From NCBI GenBank assembly GCA_001794945.1, contig MGMJ01000118.1, positions 69,596-113,513 of the forward strand: a stretch of DNA of 43,918 nt, in the 5' to 3' direction. The notes beneath the pieces were generated by a model. It searched no databases and was not told where the DNA came from. It was given only the letters and a program-made list of their open reading frames with translations. The DNA is from Chloroflexi bacterium GWC2_73_18. GTDB taxonomy: Bacteria > Chloroflexota > Limnocylindria > Limnocylindrales > CSP1-4. Below are positions 35,696 through 43,454 of this stretch, piece after piece. Made by a program: the position numbers and the translations under genes. Every line of letters begins with the position of its first letter. The stretch's first letter is position 1.

Positions 35696-35716
35696 GCGCC
35701 CGGGAACCGCGGGCGC
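35696..35716. terminator. GC hairpin between the convergent prfB and capA-like genes (possible bidirectional terminator)
   Basis: GCGCCCG-GGAACCG-CGGGCGC, a 7-bp stem. It fills the 23-nt gap between the two stop codons. No U-tract. Confidence 0.3.
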
Positions 35717-37291
35717 CTACGGCAGCTCGCTCACCTCGAAGAGTTCGCCGAGCACGTAGGCGCCGTCGGTCTCCGGGTCGATCAGGTTGGGCTGGGCCTG
35801 GTCCATGACGACGTAGGGGTGGAGCCGCACCTGGACGAGCCGCCTCCCCAGGAAGGTCATCTCGACGATGACGCCCTCCATCGTCTGGCGGCTCCAGTCC
35901 TGCCCGAAGAGGAAGTTGCCGTGGCTCGTCACCGCCAGTTGGGGGCCCCGCTCGCCCTCGGTGATGGAGATCGCCCCGGCCCAGTGGGTCCCGCTCCCGA
36001 GGATGTGGTCGGCGCCGGCGGCGTAGATCTGGGCGCGTTGCTTGAGCGCCGTCGCGGTGAAGCCGGCATGGTACTCGGGCCAGTTCCACTGCGGCATGGC
36101 GATCACCACGTCGCCGGCCTCGCGGGCGGCGGCGAGCGACGCCTTCACGTTGGCGCTCGTCATCGCAGCGGCGCCAGCGGTCGAGGGGCCGGCCCACCGC
36201 GAGCCGCCCGTCGAGTCCCAGCCGACGAAGGCGAAACGGAGCCCGCGCACCTCGACGACGGCCGGGGCGAGCGCCTCGTCGAGGTCCATGCCCGCGCCGG
36301 CATGGGCGATGCCGGAGCCCTCGAGGTAGGCGAGTGTCTGGGCGACCCCGTCGGCGCCACGGTCGGTGACGTGGTTCGAGCCCAGCGTCACCGCGTCGAC
36401 CCCGGCACTCGCCAGCAGGGGCGCCACCCTGGGGTCGATGCTGAAGATCGTCCCGCGGTTCTGCGTGAAGCGCTTGACCATCGGGCACTCGAAGTCGTTG
36501 ACCGTGACGTCGGCGTCCGCGAGGAGCGCTCGGACCGCGCCGCGGTCGCCCTGCCGCACCGCGTCGGGGACCGGCCAGCCGTTCCCCGTGGGTCCGCTGA
36601 AGCGGCGGTCCATGTGGACGCCCGTGTAGTGGGCGGTCCCGCCGTCGAGCACCCAATCCCAGCCCTTGCCGAGGACGTTCGCCTGGTAGCTGACGCCACG
36701 GTCCGGGCAGGTGTCGCCGGTGGAGACAAGAGTGCGCACCTCGTCGACGTCGTGGGCGAGCCAGGCCTTCGGTGGGTCGGGCGCCCGACCCACCAGCGGG
36801 TAGACCTTCGCCCTCCGGCTCGGCGAGCCGAAGGGGTCGGCGCCTCCGAGGCGCAGCACCTTGGTCGCGGGCGTCACGAGGCCGGCGGGCAGGAGCCCGA
36901 GTGTCCCCGGCTCGACCGCGAGATCGGCGGGGAGCTCCTTCGACGCGACGCAGGCCTCCGGATCGCCGAGCGGCAGACGCGTCCCGTCAAGCTCGAGCCG
37001 AGTCAGGCCGCAAGTGACAAGCAGATCGCCGCGCTTGACCGCCGCGGAAAGCTCCTTCGTGGCGATGTCGGTCCGCGGGTCGGTGAAGGCGGCGACGACG
37101 GCGACCGGGAAGCTCGGCTCTGGACGCGGCGTCGGGGTCGGCGTCGGGGTGGCGGTCGGTCGATCGGAGGGGGTGGCAGTGGCGTCCGGGGTGCCCTGTC
37201 CGTCCGGACCCGGGGTGACCGTCGCCCCGCAGCCGGCGACGACGAGGATCGCGGCAAGGGCGAGGCCCGGGAGGCGACGGGAGACGGTCAC
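35717..37291 (-). CDS. CapA/PGA_cap-family metallophosphatase-like lipoprotein
   Basis: 524 aa with a lipoprotein signal (LAAILVVAGC) and a Pro/Thr linker. The C-terminal half (..DVTVNDFECP..VDAVTLGSNHVTDRG..AHAGAG..VVIAMPQWNWPEY..GADHILGSGTHW..GNFLFGQ) matches the CapA family by eye. Confidence 0.8.
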   Translation of the reverse strand: MTVSRRLPGLALAAILVVAGCGATVTPGPDGQGTPDATATPSDRPTATPTPTPTPRPEPSFPVAVVAAFTDPRTDIATKELSAAVKRGDLLVTCGLTRLELDGTRLPLGDPEACVASKELPADLAVEPGTLGLLPAGLVTPATKVLRLGGADPFGSPSRRAKVYPLVGRAPDPPKAWLAHDVDEVRTLVSTGDTCPDRGVSYQANVLGKGWDWVLDGGTAHYTGVHMDRRFSGPTGNGWPVPDAVRQGDRGAVRALLADADVTVNDFECPMVKRFTQNRGTIFSIDPRVAPLLASAGVDAVTLGSNHVTDRGADGVAQTLAYLEGSGIAHAGAGMDLDEALAPAVVEVRGLRFAFVGWDSTGGSRWAGPSTAGAAAMTSANVKASLAAAREAGDVVIAMPQWNWPEYHAGFTATALKQRAQIYAAGADHILGSGTHWAGAISITEGERGPQLAVTSHGNFLFGQDWSRQTMEGVIVEMTFLGRRLVQVRLHPYVVMDQAQPNLIDPETDGAYVLGELFEVSELP

Positions 37292-37414
37292 GGCGCCGAT
37301 GGTATCCGGAGGCGAGCCGGCGCATCGGCTGTGCTAGCCTTGGCGGGTCGTGGCTCCCCCCGCCGTACCCGCGCGCGGAGTCGATCGAGACCGGCCCCCC
37401 ACGCGGAGTCGACC

Positions 37415-38176
37415 GTGATCCTCGCACCGCAGCGCTCACCGGAGGGGGCAGGCGGAGCGGCCCCGGGCCGTCGCGCCGAGGCGGTGCCGCTCATCGCCCT
37501 CCATGACGTGGCCAAGGTCTACCCCAATGGGCGGCAGGCGCTGATCGACGTCGACCTGCTGATCCCGGAAGGCGACTTCGTCTTCCTGGTGGGGCCCTCG
37601 GGTGCCGGCAAGAGCACGCTCATCAAGCTCCTGATCCGCGACGAGCTGCCGACCCGCGGCGCCGTCTTCTTCGACGGCCGGGACGTCGTGCGCCTCCGCC
37701 GCGGCGAAGTGCCCAGGATGCGTCGCCGCATCGGCATCGTCTTCCAGGACTACAAGCTCCTGCCGCGCAAGAGCGTCGCCGAGAACGTCGCCTTCGCCCT
37801 CGAGGTGACCGGCGCGCTCGGCCGCGTCGTCCGCCCGGCGGTCGAGCGCGCCCTGGCGATCGTCGGCCTCACCGCGCAGCGTGACCAGCTCCCGACGCAG
37901 CTTTCGGGCGGCGAGCTGCAGCGGACGGCGATCGCCCGCGCTCTCGTCCACGAACCGAAGGTGATCATCGCCGACGAGCCGACCGGGAACCTCGACCCGC
38001 TGACGAGCTGGGAGATCATCCAGCTCCTGCTGCGGATCAACGATCTTGGCACGACGGTGCTGATGGCGACGCACAATGCCGAGGTGGTGACCGCCCTGCG
38101 GAGACGGGTGGTCGCGCTCGAGGAGGGGCGAGTCGTGCGCGACGAGCTCGGCGGCGCCTACCACCGCGAGTACTGA
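37415..38176 (+). CDS. ftsE: Cell division ABC ATPase FtsE
   Basis: Walker A GPSGAGKST, LSGGELQR and IIADEPTGNLD. The start is uncertain: GTG 37415 or GTG 37484. Confidence 0.9.
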   Translation: MILAPQRSPEGAGGAAPGRRAEAVPLIALHDVAKVYPNGRQALIDVDLLIPEGDFVFLVGPSGAGKSTLIKLLIRDELPTRGAVFFDGRDVVRLRRGEVPRMRRRIGIVFQDYKLLPRKSVAENVAFALEVTGALGRVVRPAVERALAIVGLTAQRDQLPTQLSGGELQRTAIARALVHEPKVIIADEPTGNLDPLTSWEIIQLLLRINDLGTTVLMATHNAEVVTALRRRVVALEEGRVVRDELGGAYHREY

Positions 38177-38178
38177 CG

Positions 38179-39069
38179 ATGCTGCGCTTCCTCGTCTTCT
38201 CCCTGCGACGCGCCTGGCAGGGCTTCTGGCGCAACGTGGTGATGAGCCTCGCCGCCACCGCCACGATGGTCCTGATGCTGCTGCTGATGGCGGGGCTGGT
38301 GATCGTCCTGACCGGGCTGAACGCCGGCCTCGAGTACTTCGAGCGAAAGGTCGAGGTGGAGGCCTTCCTCGTCAACGAGGCGAGCCCACCCGAGATCGAG
38401 GCCGCCATGGCGGAGGTCCGCGCCCTGCCCGAGGTCTCGGCGGTCCGCTACGTCTCCAAGGAGGAGGCGCTCCAGCGCTTCCGGGAGTTCACGGCCGCCC
38501 AGGGCCAGCCCGACCTGACCGACGTCCTCCCGTCCAACCCGATGCCGGCCTCGATCGAGGTGGACCTGGTCGATCCGCTCGTCTACGGCGAGGTCGTCAA
38601 AACGCTCGAGGCGCAAGAAGAGGTCGTCGATGCCGTGCTCCAGACGCGCGACGTGGTGGAGGCGCTGCTGACCGTGACCGGCACGCTCCGCATCGGCGGC
38701 CTCGTCGTGCTCGGGCTGGTCGGCCTCACCGTCTTCTTCATCGTCATCAACTCCGTCCGCCTGGCGGTCGTGGCGCGCGCCGACGAGATCGAGATCATGC
38801 GCCTCGTCGGCGCCTCCGACGCCTTCGTCCGCTGGCCGTTCGTCTTCGAAGGGATGCTCGTCGGCCTCCTCGGGGCGATCGTCACGCTCGGCGTGCTCGC
38901 GCTCGCCTACCAGCCGCTCAGCCGCCTCATGTTCGACTTCTTCCAGGTCCTGCCACTCGATTTCGGCCGCTTCGTCATGCGCGACGTGGCGCTCCTCGTC
39001 GTCGGGTCGGGCGTCGGCCTGGGCGCGCTCGGCTCGTACGTCTCGGTGCGCAGCTACCTGGCCCGCTGA
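38179..39069 (+). CDS. ftsX: Cell division permease-like protein FtsX
   Basis: 296 aa with an N-terminal TM segment, a periplasmic domain and 3 C-terminal TM segments (IEIMRLVGASDAFVRWPFVFEG). It starts 2 nt after the ftsE stop. Confidence 0.9.
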   Translation: MLRFLVFSLRRAWQGFWRNVVMSLAATATMVLMLLLMAGLVIVLTGLNAGLEYFERKVEVEAFLVNEASPPEIEAAMAEVRALPEVSAVRYVSKEEALQRFREFTAAQGQPDLTDVLPSNPMPASIEVDLVDPLVYGEVVKTLEAQEEVVDAVLQTRDVVEALLTVTGTLRIGGLVVLGLVGLTVFFIVINSVRLAVVARADEIEIMRLVGASDAFVRWPFVFEGMLVGLLGAIVTLGVLALAYQPLSRLMFDFFQVLPLDFGRFVMRDVALLVVGSGVGLGALGSYVSVRSYLAR

Positions 39070-39133
39070 GGGTCATCCGCGCCCTCGGCGTACCATAGCC
39101 GTCCCTCCCCCGCAGCCAGGGACCCGATCGAGC

Positions 39134-40534
39134 ATGCATGCAACGCCGCCCATCGACCCGCCCGACCCGGAGCCCGTCGTGCCCGGGCCGGATGCCACGA
39201 CGCCCGCCGGGCTCGAACCCGCTTCGGCTGGCCCACCGGGGCCCGTCCCGTTCCCACCCGTCCGTCCCGTCTTCGAGGCGCGGCGCCGCCCGCGGGCCGC
39301 CTACGCCGCGCTCTTCGTGGTCGCTGTGCTGGCGGGCAGCGCTCTCTTCGTCGGCGGCTTCGCCCTCGGCTCCCAGCGCGCGGCGACCGCCGGGACGCCG
39401 GTCGAGCTGCAGGAGGCGTTCACCCCCTTCTGGGAAGCCTACGACGCGATCATCAGCCAATACGTCGGCCAGGTCGACCGCAAGCGCCTGGTCGAGGGCG
39501 CGATCAAGGGCATGTTCGACGCGATCGGCGACCCCTACTCCGGCTACATGACGAGCGAGGAATACAAGCAGTCGCTGCAGGGGATATCCGGCCAGTTCGA
39601 GGGGATCGGGGCGGAGATCGGCACCGAGGCGGACGACGGGAGCGCGTGCGATCCGATCGGGCCGACCTGCCGGGTCGTCATCGTGGCACCCCTCGAGGGT
39701 TCACCGGCCGAGAAGGCCGGCCTCCGCGCCGGCGACGTCGTGCTCGCCATCGACGGGGCGACGGTCGAGGGGCTCCGGCTCGACGACACCGTCAAGAAGG
39801 TGCGGGGCAAGAAGGGGACGTCGGTCACCCTGACCGTCCGGCGCGAGGGGGTCGCCGAGCCCTTCGACATCTCGATCACCAGGGACGTCATCACCGTGAA
39901 GGACGTCTCGGCCCGCCTGCTCGCCGGCGACACGGTCGGCTACCTGCGCGTCGCCAGCTTCTCGTCGAACGTCGGCGCCGACTTCAAGGCGGCGCTGCAG
40001 AAGCAGCTGGACGGGGGCATCCGTTCCTTCGTCCTCGACCTGCGCGGCGACCCGGGCGGCTTCGTCGACGCGGCCCGCACCGTCGCCAGCCAGTTCATCG
40101 GCTCGGGCCCGATCTTCTGGCAAGAGTACGCCGGGGGACGCCAGGTGGAGAACGGCGCCGAGAGCGGAGGCCTCGCCACCGATCGGTCGATCCGCGTCGT
40201 CGTGCTGATCGACCGCGGCTCCGCCTCCGCCTCCGAGATCGTGACGGGGGCGCTGCAGGACCATGCGCGGGCCACGGTCGTCGGCGAGACGAGCTTCGGC
40301 AAGGGGACCGTCCAGGAGTGGCAGCTCCTCTCCAACGACACCGGCGGATACCGGCTCACCATCGCCAAGTGGCTGACGCCCGACAAGCGCTGGATCCACG
40401 GTTCCGGGATCGTGCCGGACGTCCCGGTGACGGTCGACCCGAACGCGCCGACCGGTACGGACGCCACCCTCGAGAAGGCGCTCGACCTGTTGCGTGTCAC
40501 CCCCTCGGCGTCCCGGCTGTTGCGCGCCGCCTGA
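39134..40534 (+). CDS. S41 family C-terminal processing peptidase with PDZ domain
   Basis: Pro-rich N-terminus plus a TM segment. PDZ (LEGSPAEKAGLRAGDVVLAIDG), then DLRGDPGG, catalytic GSASASEI and FGKGTVQ. Confidence 0.9.
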   Translation: MHATPPIDPPDPEPVVPGPDATTPAGLEPASAGPPGPVPFPPVRPVFEARRRPRAAYAALFVVAVLAGSALFVGGFALGSQRAATAGTPVELQEAFTPFWEAYDAIISQYVGQVDRKRLVEGAIKGMFDAIGDPYSGYMTSEEYKQSLQGISGQFEGIGAEIGTEADDGSACDPIGPTCRVVIVAPLEGSPAEKAGLRAGDVVLAIDGATVEGLRLDDTVKKVRGKKGTSVTLTVRREGVAEPFDISITRDVITVKDVSARLLAGDTVGYLRVASFSSNVGADFKAALQKQLDGGIRSFVLDLRGDPGGFVDAARTVASQFIGSGPIFWQEYAGGRQVENGAESGGLATDRSIRVVVLIDRGSASASEIVTGALQDHARATVVGETSFGKGTVQEWQLLSNDTGGYRLTIAKWLTPDKRWIHGSGIVPDVPVTVDPNAPTGTDATLEKALDLLRVTPSASRLLRAA

Positions 40535-40903
40535 GCGAGGCCGACGCCCGCGGCGGGAGCCAGCGGTCGCCGGAACCCTGCCATTTCGACATCCGGGGAC
40601 GCCCAGGCCGATGACCCGCGAAACCCTGCCACGCCGCGGCGCCCGATCGGGGCCGTTGACCGGGCCCGGGGCGGTCGGCGAGCGCGCGCTGCGGGCGGGG
40701 CGAGGAGCCGCCCATCGGACGCGGCGGAGCGTCCCGGGACGCTCGGGCCCCGGCCCAAGCGTCCCCGTTGTCGATCTGGCCACGAATCCGCCGGGACGGT
40801 CGGATAGTCGTCTCCCGATGTCGAGCTGTCAGCCTATCGGGCAGCGGGCAGGGTCCCCCACCGCCCGATCCGGAGCCGACGTTACAGGACGAGCACGCGG
40901 CGC

Positions 40904-40932
40904 TTGCGCACGTGGCGCGGCTCCTGTATCGT
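40904..40932 (+). promoter_or_regulatory. Putative promoter TTGCGC-17 nt-TATCGT ahead of the smpB leader
   Basis: Hexamers at 40904..40909 and 40927..40932. The predicted TSS is near 40939, just before AAAGGAGGTGA. Confidence 0.4.
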
Positions 40933-40960
40933 CGCGCCCAACGAAAGGAGGTGATGTGCA

Positions 40961-41011
40961 GTGATCGATGACAACCCTCGCTGCGCCACCCCGCGGGAGG
41001 CGGCCGCCTGA
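40961..41011 (+). CDS. Possible 16-codon leader micro-ORF (VIDDNPRCATPREAAA)
   Basis: GTG 40961 lies 9 nt after GGAGG (40947..40951), the strongest SD in the window. TGA at 41009..41011. There is no other evidence of translation. Confidence 0.2.
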   Translation: MIDDNPRCATPREAAA

Positions 41012-41041
41012 CCGAACCCCGCGACGTGGGAACGCGAACCC

Positions 41042-41070
41042 GAACGCCGGCCCCGCACGGGCCGGCGTTC
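41042..41070 (+). promoter_or_regulatory. Perfect 12-bp stem-loop in the smpB leader (attenuator or terminator candidate)
   Basis: GAACGCCGGCCC-CGCAC-GGGCCGGCGTTC. It ends 24 nt before ATG 41094. The downstream sequence GTGCTTCC is only weakly U-rich. Confidence 0.4.
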
Positions 41071-41093
41071 GTGCTTCCGCCGCACGTGACCCG

Positions 41094-41558
41094 ATGAGCG
41101 AGCAGACCGTCACCGTCAACCGCCGCGCGCGCCACGAGTACGCCATCGAGGAGACCTTCGAGGCGGGCATCGCGCTGACCGGGACCGAGATCAAGAGCCT
41201 CCGCGCCGGCCGCGCCAACCTCGCCGACGCCTACGCTCGCGTGGAGAAGGGCGAGGCCTGGCTGGTCGGCGCCCACATCGCCCCCTACGAGGCAGGCAAC
41301 CGCTACAACCACGAGCCGAAGCGGACGCGCAAGCTCCTCCTCCACCGCCGCCAGATCGACCAGTTGCTGGGGCGCGCCGCGGCCAAGGGCCTCACCGTCA
41401 TCCCGCTGCGCATCTACATCACCGAGCGCGGAGTGGCCAAGGTGGAGCTCGGCCTGGCCCGCGGCAAGAAGCAGTACGACCGCCGCCGCGAGATCGCCGA
41501 GCGCGACGCCCGCCGGCAGCTCGAGCGCGACCTCGCCGAGGCGCACCGCCGGCGCTGA
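41094..41558 (+). CDS. smpB: SsrA-binding protein SmpB
   Basis: 154 aa. NRRARHEYAIEETFEAGIALTGTEIKSLR, AHIAPYE and KRTRKLLLHRRQI, with a basic C-terminal tail. No SD precedes ATG 41094. Confidence 0.9.
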   Translation: MSEQTVTVNRRARHEYAIEETFEAGIALTGTEIKSLRAGRANLADAYARVEKGEAWLVGAHIAPYEAGNRYNHEPKRTRKLLLHRRQIDQLLGRAAAKGLTVIPLRIYITERGVAKVELGLARGKKQYDRRREIAERDARRQLERDLAEAHRRR

Positions 41559-41657
41559 GGCTCGGGCGGTGGGCGGCGTCCAACCCCCGCGGTGGGTGAT
41601 GCCGGTGTGGATCGCGGCGACGGGTGACAGCGCGATGCCTACCCGGGTGGGAGGCTC

Positions 41658-41686
41658 TTGGCGTCCCGGTGGGTCTCGACTACAAT
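41658..41686 (+). promoter_or_regulatory. ssrA promoter TTGGCG-17 nt-TACAAT
   Basis: Hexamers at 41658..41663 and 41681..41686. The predicted TSS is about 25 nt upstream of the mature tmRNA 5' end, and the leader contains the hairpin GGACGC-GAGA-GCGTCC. Confidence 0.55.
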
Positions 41687-41717
41687 CGAGGATGGACGCG
41701 AGAGCGTCCGGTGCGTC

Positions 41718-42088
41718 GGGGATGAGTGGTTTCGACAGGGCCCGACCACCAGGGAACGCGAGCCGAGGTGCCGTCAGGCCTCGTTAAACAGGCGGCAAAC
41801 CGAAGTAACTGGCAACCGCCAGTCTGCTCTCGCCCTCGCCGCGTAACGCGGTAAGGTGAGCGTGGAAGCGGCCTCGTCCCCGCGGGCCGTGGAAGCGTCA
41901 TACAGCGGGGATGCGTCGCCGGGTAGTGCTGCGTAGCCGGCGGCAAAGCCCGCAAGGGGACGTGGCTGGACCGGACGGCCTCCTGCCGATGGGGTGTCAC
42001 CGGTCGAGATCGAAGCATCGGACACGCTCGTAGTGGTCCCTGGTCGAAGGTTCTGGACGGGGAGTTCGACCCTCCCCCATCTCCACCA
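41718..42088 (+). ncRNA. ssrA: tmRNA (SsrA), one-piece
   Basis: 5' GGGGAUGAGUGGUUUCGACAGGG and 3' GGACGGGGAGUUCGACCCUCCCCCAUCUCCACCA (T-arm plus acceptor with G3:U, CCA encoded). Tag ORF GGC AAC CGC CAG TCT GCT CTC GCC CTC GCC GCG TAA encodes GNRQSALALAA, preceded by GUAACU. Confidence 0.92.
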
Positions 42089-42100
42089 GGACTCATGGAG

Positions 42101-42132
42101 GCGGCGGCCCCGCAGAGTGTCGGGGCCGCCGC
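42101..42132 (+). terminator. ssrA terminator hairpin
   Basis: GCGGCGGCCCCG-CAGAGTGT-CGGGGCCGCCGC, a perfect 12-bp stem, followed by TTCGCCGTTT. Confidence 0.7.
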
Positions 42133-42252
42133 TTCGCCGTTTGCGCCGACCGTGGCTACGGTGCGGGCGTGGGGCTGGGCCTCGGCGCGGGCAGAGCCCT
42201 TGTCCCCACATTCCGATCGAGCGGCCGGCGCGGACAGGCCGCGCTCGCGCCG

Positions 42253-42855
42253 TCATTCGGCCGGCGAGATCCAGCCGGTCACGGTCCAGGTGTCGCCTTG
42301 GCCGACCTGCACGTCCTGGTAGACGAGGCCCCGGTACCGGCCGGCTCCGGTCAGGAACGTCCGCACCGTCGTCGTGCCGTCCGCAGCACGCACGAGAGCG
42401 TAGGGACCCACGCCGAACCGTGTAGTGACGGACCCCCAGCCCACCACCGAGCCGTCGTCCCGGACGTCGGCGTTGATGATGGTGAAGTCGGGTCCGGCGA
42501 ATCGTGGATCCGGGACGTCCCAGGTGCACGCGTCGACCTCGCCTCGGCGCCGGGTGACGTCACCGGCTCGCGTCTCGCTCGGTGCGACGATCACGGTCCC
42601 GCACGAACGCGTGCCGCCGATCTGCGGATCACCCTGCCCTTGGATCTCGGGCGGCGTCGAGATGGGATCGGGGTTGGGGCCCGGTCCGATCGTGTTGCTG
42701 ATGTCCCACACGCTGTCGTCCGACCCTGCGAACTCGTGCGACGCGAGCCTCAACCCCGCGTAGTCGCCTGAACCGGCGGACGTGATGTCCACGACGTGAT
42801 CAGCCGTGGCGTCCTCCCTGGTCCCGATGAACTGACCATTCCCAGGTCCCGCCAT
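42253..42855 (-). CDS. Hypothetical protein (start unclear; possibly the frameshifted C-terminal part of the upstream lipoprotein gene)
   Basis: The non-low-complexity sequence (..DACTWDVPDPRFAGPDFTIINADVRDDGSVVGWGSV..TWTVTGWISPAE) looks genuine. There is no signal peptide and no SD before ATG 42855. The frame stays open far upstream (track ORF 42253..43683). Confidence 0.4.
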   Translation of the reverse strand: MAGPGNGQFIGTREDATADHVVDITSAGSGDYAGLRLASHEFAGSDDSVWDISNTIGPGPNPDPISTPPEIQGQGDPQIGGTRSCGTVIVAPSETRAGDVTRRRGEVDACTWDVPDPRFAGPDFTIINADVRDDGSVVGWGSVTTRFGVGPYALVRAADGTTTVRTFLTGAGRYRGLVYQDVQVGQGDTWTVTGWISPAE

Positions 42856-43246
42856 CGTTCCAGATGAGGTGCCTGCCCCAGAAGTCCCAGAAGCCGTTCG
42901 CGGCGACCTCATCGTTCTCTTCGAGGCAGACGAGGTTGACGTACTGGCCGGCCACACGGCTGTCGCCGACCTGGACGACGCCTCTTCCCGGTGAACAGCG
43001 GGTCTTCCACTTGTTCTCGTCGTAAACCACGAACGCAAAGGTCGCCTTCCCGTCGAGGGCGGACAGGCTTGGGGCAGCGGACGGTGATGGCGACGGAGTC
43101 GCGGTGGGTCTCGCCGTCGCCGTCGCGCTCGGGGCGGACGTCGCCGGCGGCGGTGCCGGTGATGCGGTGCCACCGGTGGTGCAGCCGGCGAGGGTGATGG
43201 CGACGGCGATGATCCCCCACGCTCGGGCGACGAATGAAGTACCCAT
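42800..43246 (-). CDS. Hypothetical lipoprotein
   Basis: AGGAGG lies 6 nt upstream of ATG 43246. Lipobox AITLAGC, Pro/Ala/Thr/Ser linker, then a Trp-rich globular part (FAFVVYDENKWKTRCSPG..FWDFWGRHLIWNDGGTWEW). Confidence 0.6.
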   Translation of the reverse strand: MGTSFVARAWGIIAVAITLAGCTTGGTASPAPPPATSAPSATATARPTATPSPSPSAAPSLSALDGKATFAFVVYDENKWKTRCSPGRGVVQVGDSRVAGQYVNLVCLEENDEVAANGFWDFWGRHLIWNDGGTWEWSVHRDQGGRHG

Positions 43247-43454
43247 CGAGCACCTCCTGGGACGCCTGCCGGGGCAACGACTCGCGAGGCCTGAGTCGCC
43301 GCGGCCCGTGGAGCCGACGTGGCCGCGATGGCGGCTGTCGGCGACACGTCTGGCTGGCGCCCGGATGACCGCGGGCACCGGCCATCGAGTCCTTCCGCAC
43401 GCTTCTTCCCCGCGTTCGCCGCGAGCCCCACGCGGTTCCCGCTACGGCCGCTCG

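Noticed and set aside
40780-40880. Fragments resembling the ydaO c-di-AMP riboswitch (GAAUCC, CUGUCAGCCUAUC; GGGGGACCC on the minus strand) and the 3' end of 4.5S/SRP RNA (GGCAGGGUCCCCCACC)
   Set aside because: - The ydaO pseudo-symmetric core (ACGGRGGAACC / AGGGAUACC, second AAUC) is missing.
- The spacing is too short for a complete ydaO element.
- The universal SRP domain IV motif (GGAAGGAAGCAGC with a GNRA loop) is missing.

The similarity is probably chance in GC-rich sequence, and only a covariance-model search could revive it.
40968-41093. N-terminally extended SmpB starting at ATG 40968 (track ORF 40968..41558)
   Set aside because: The extra 42 residues are Arg/Pro/Ala low-complexity sequence and contain the 12-bp hairpin. 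They have no counterpart in typical SmpB proteins, where about 10 residues precede the NRRA.HEY motif. The ATG lies 16 nt from the SD. The extension remains possible, so it is noted in the findings.
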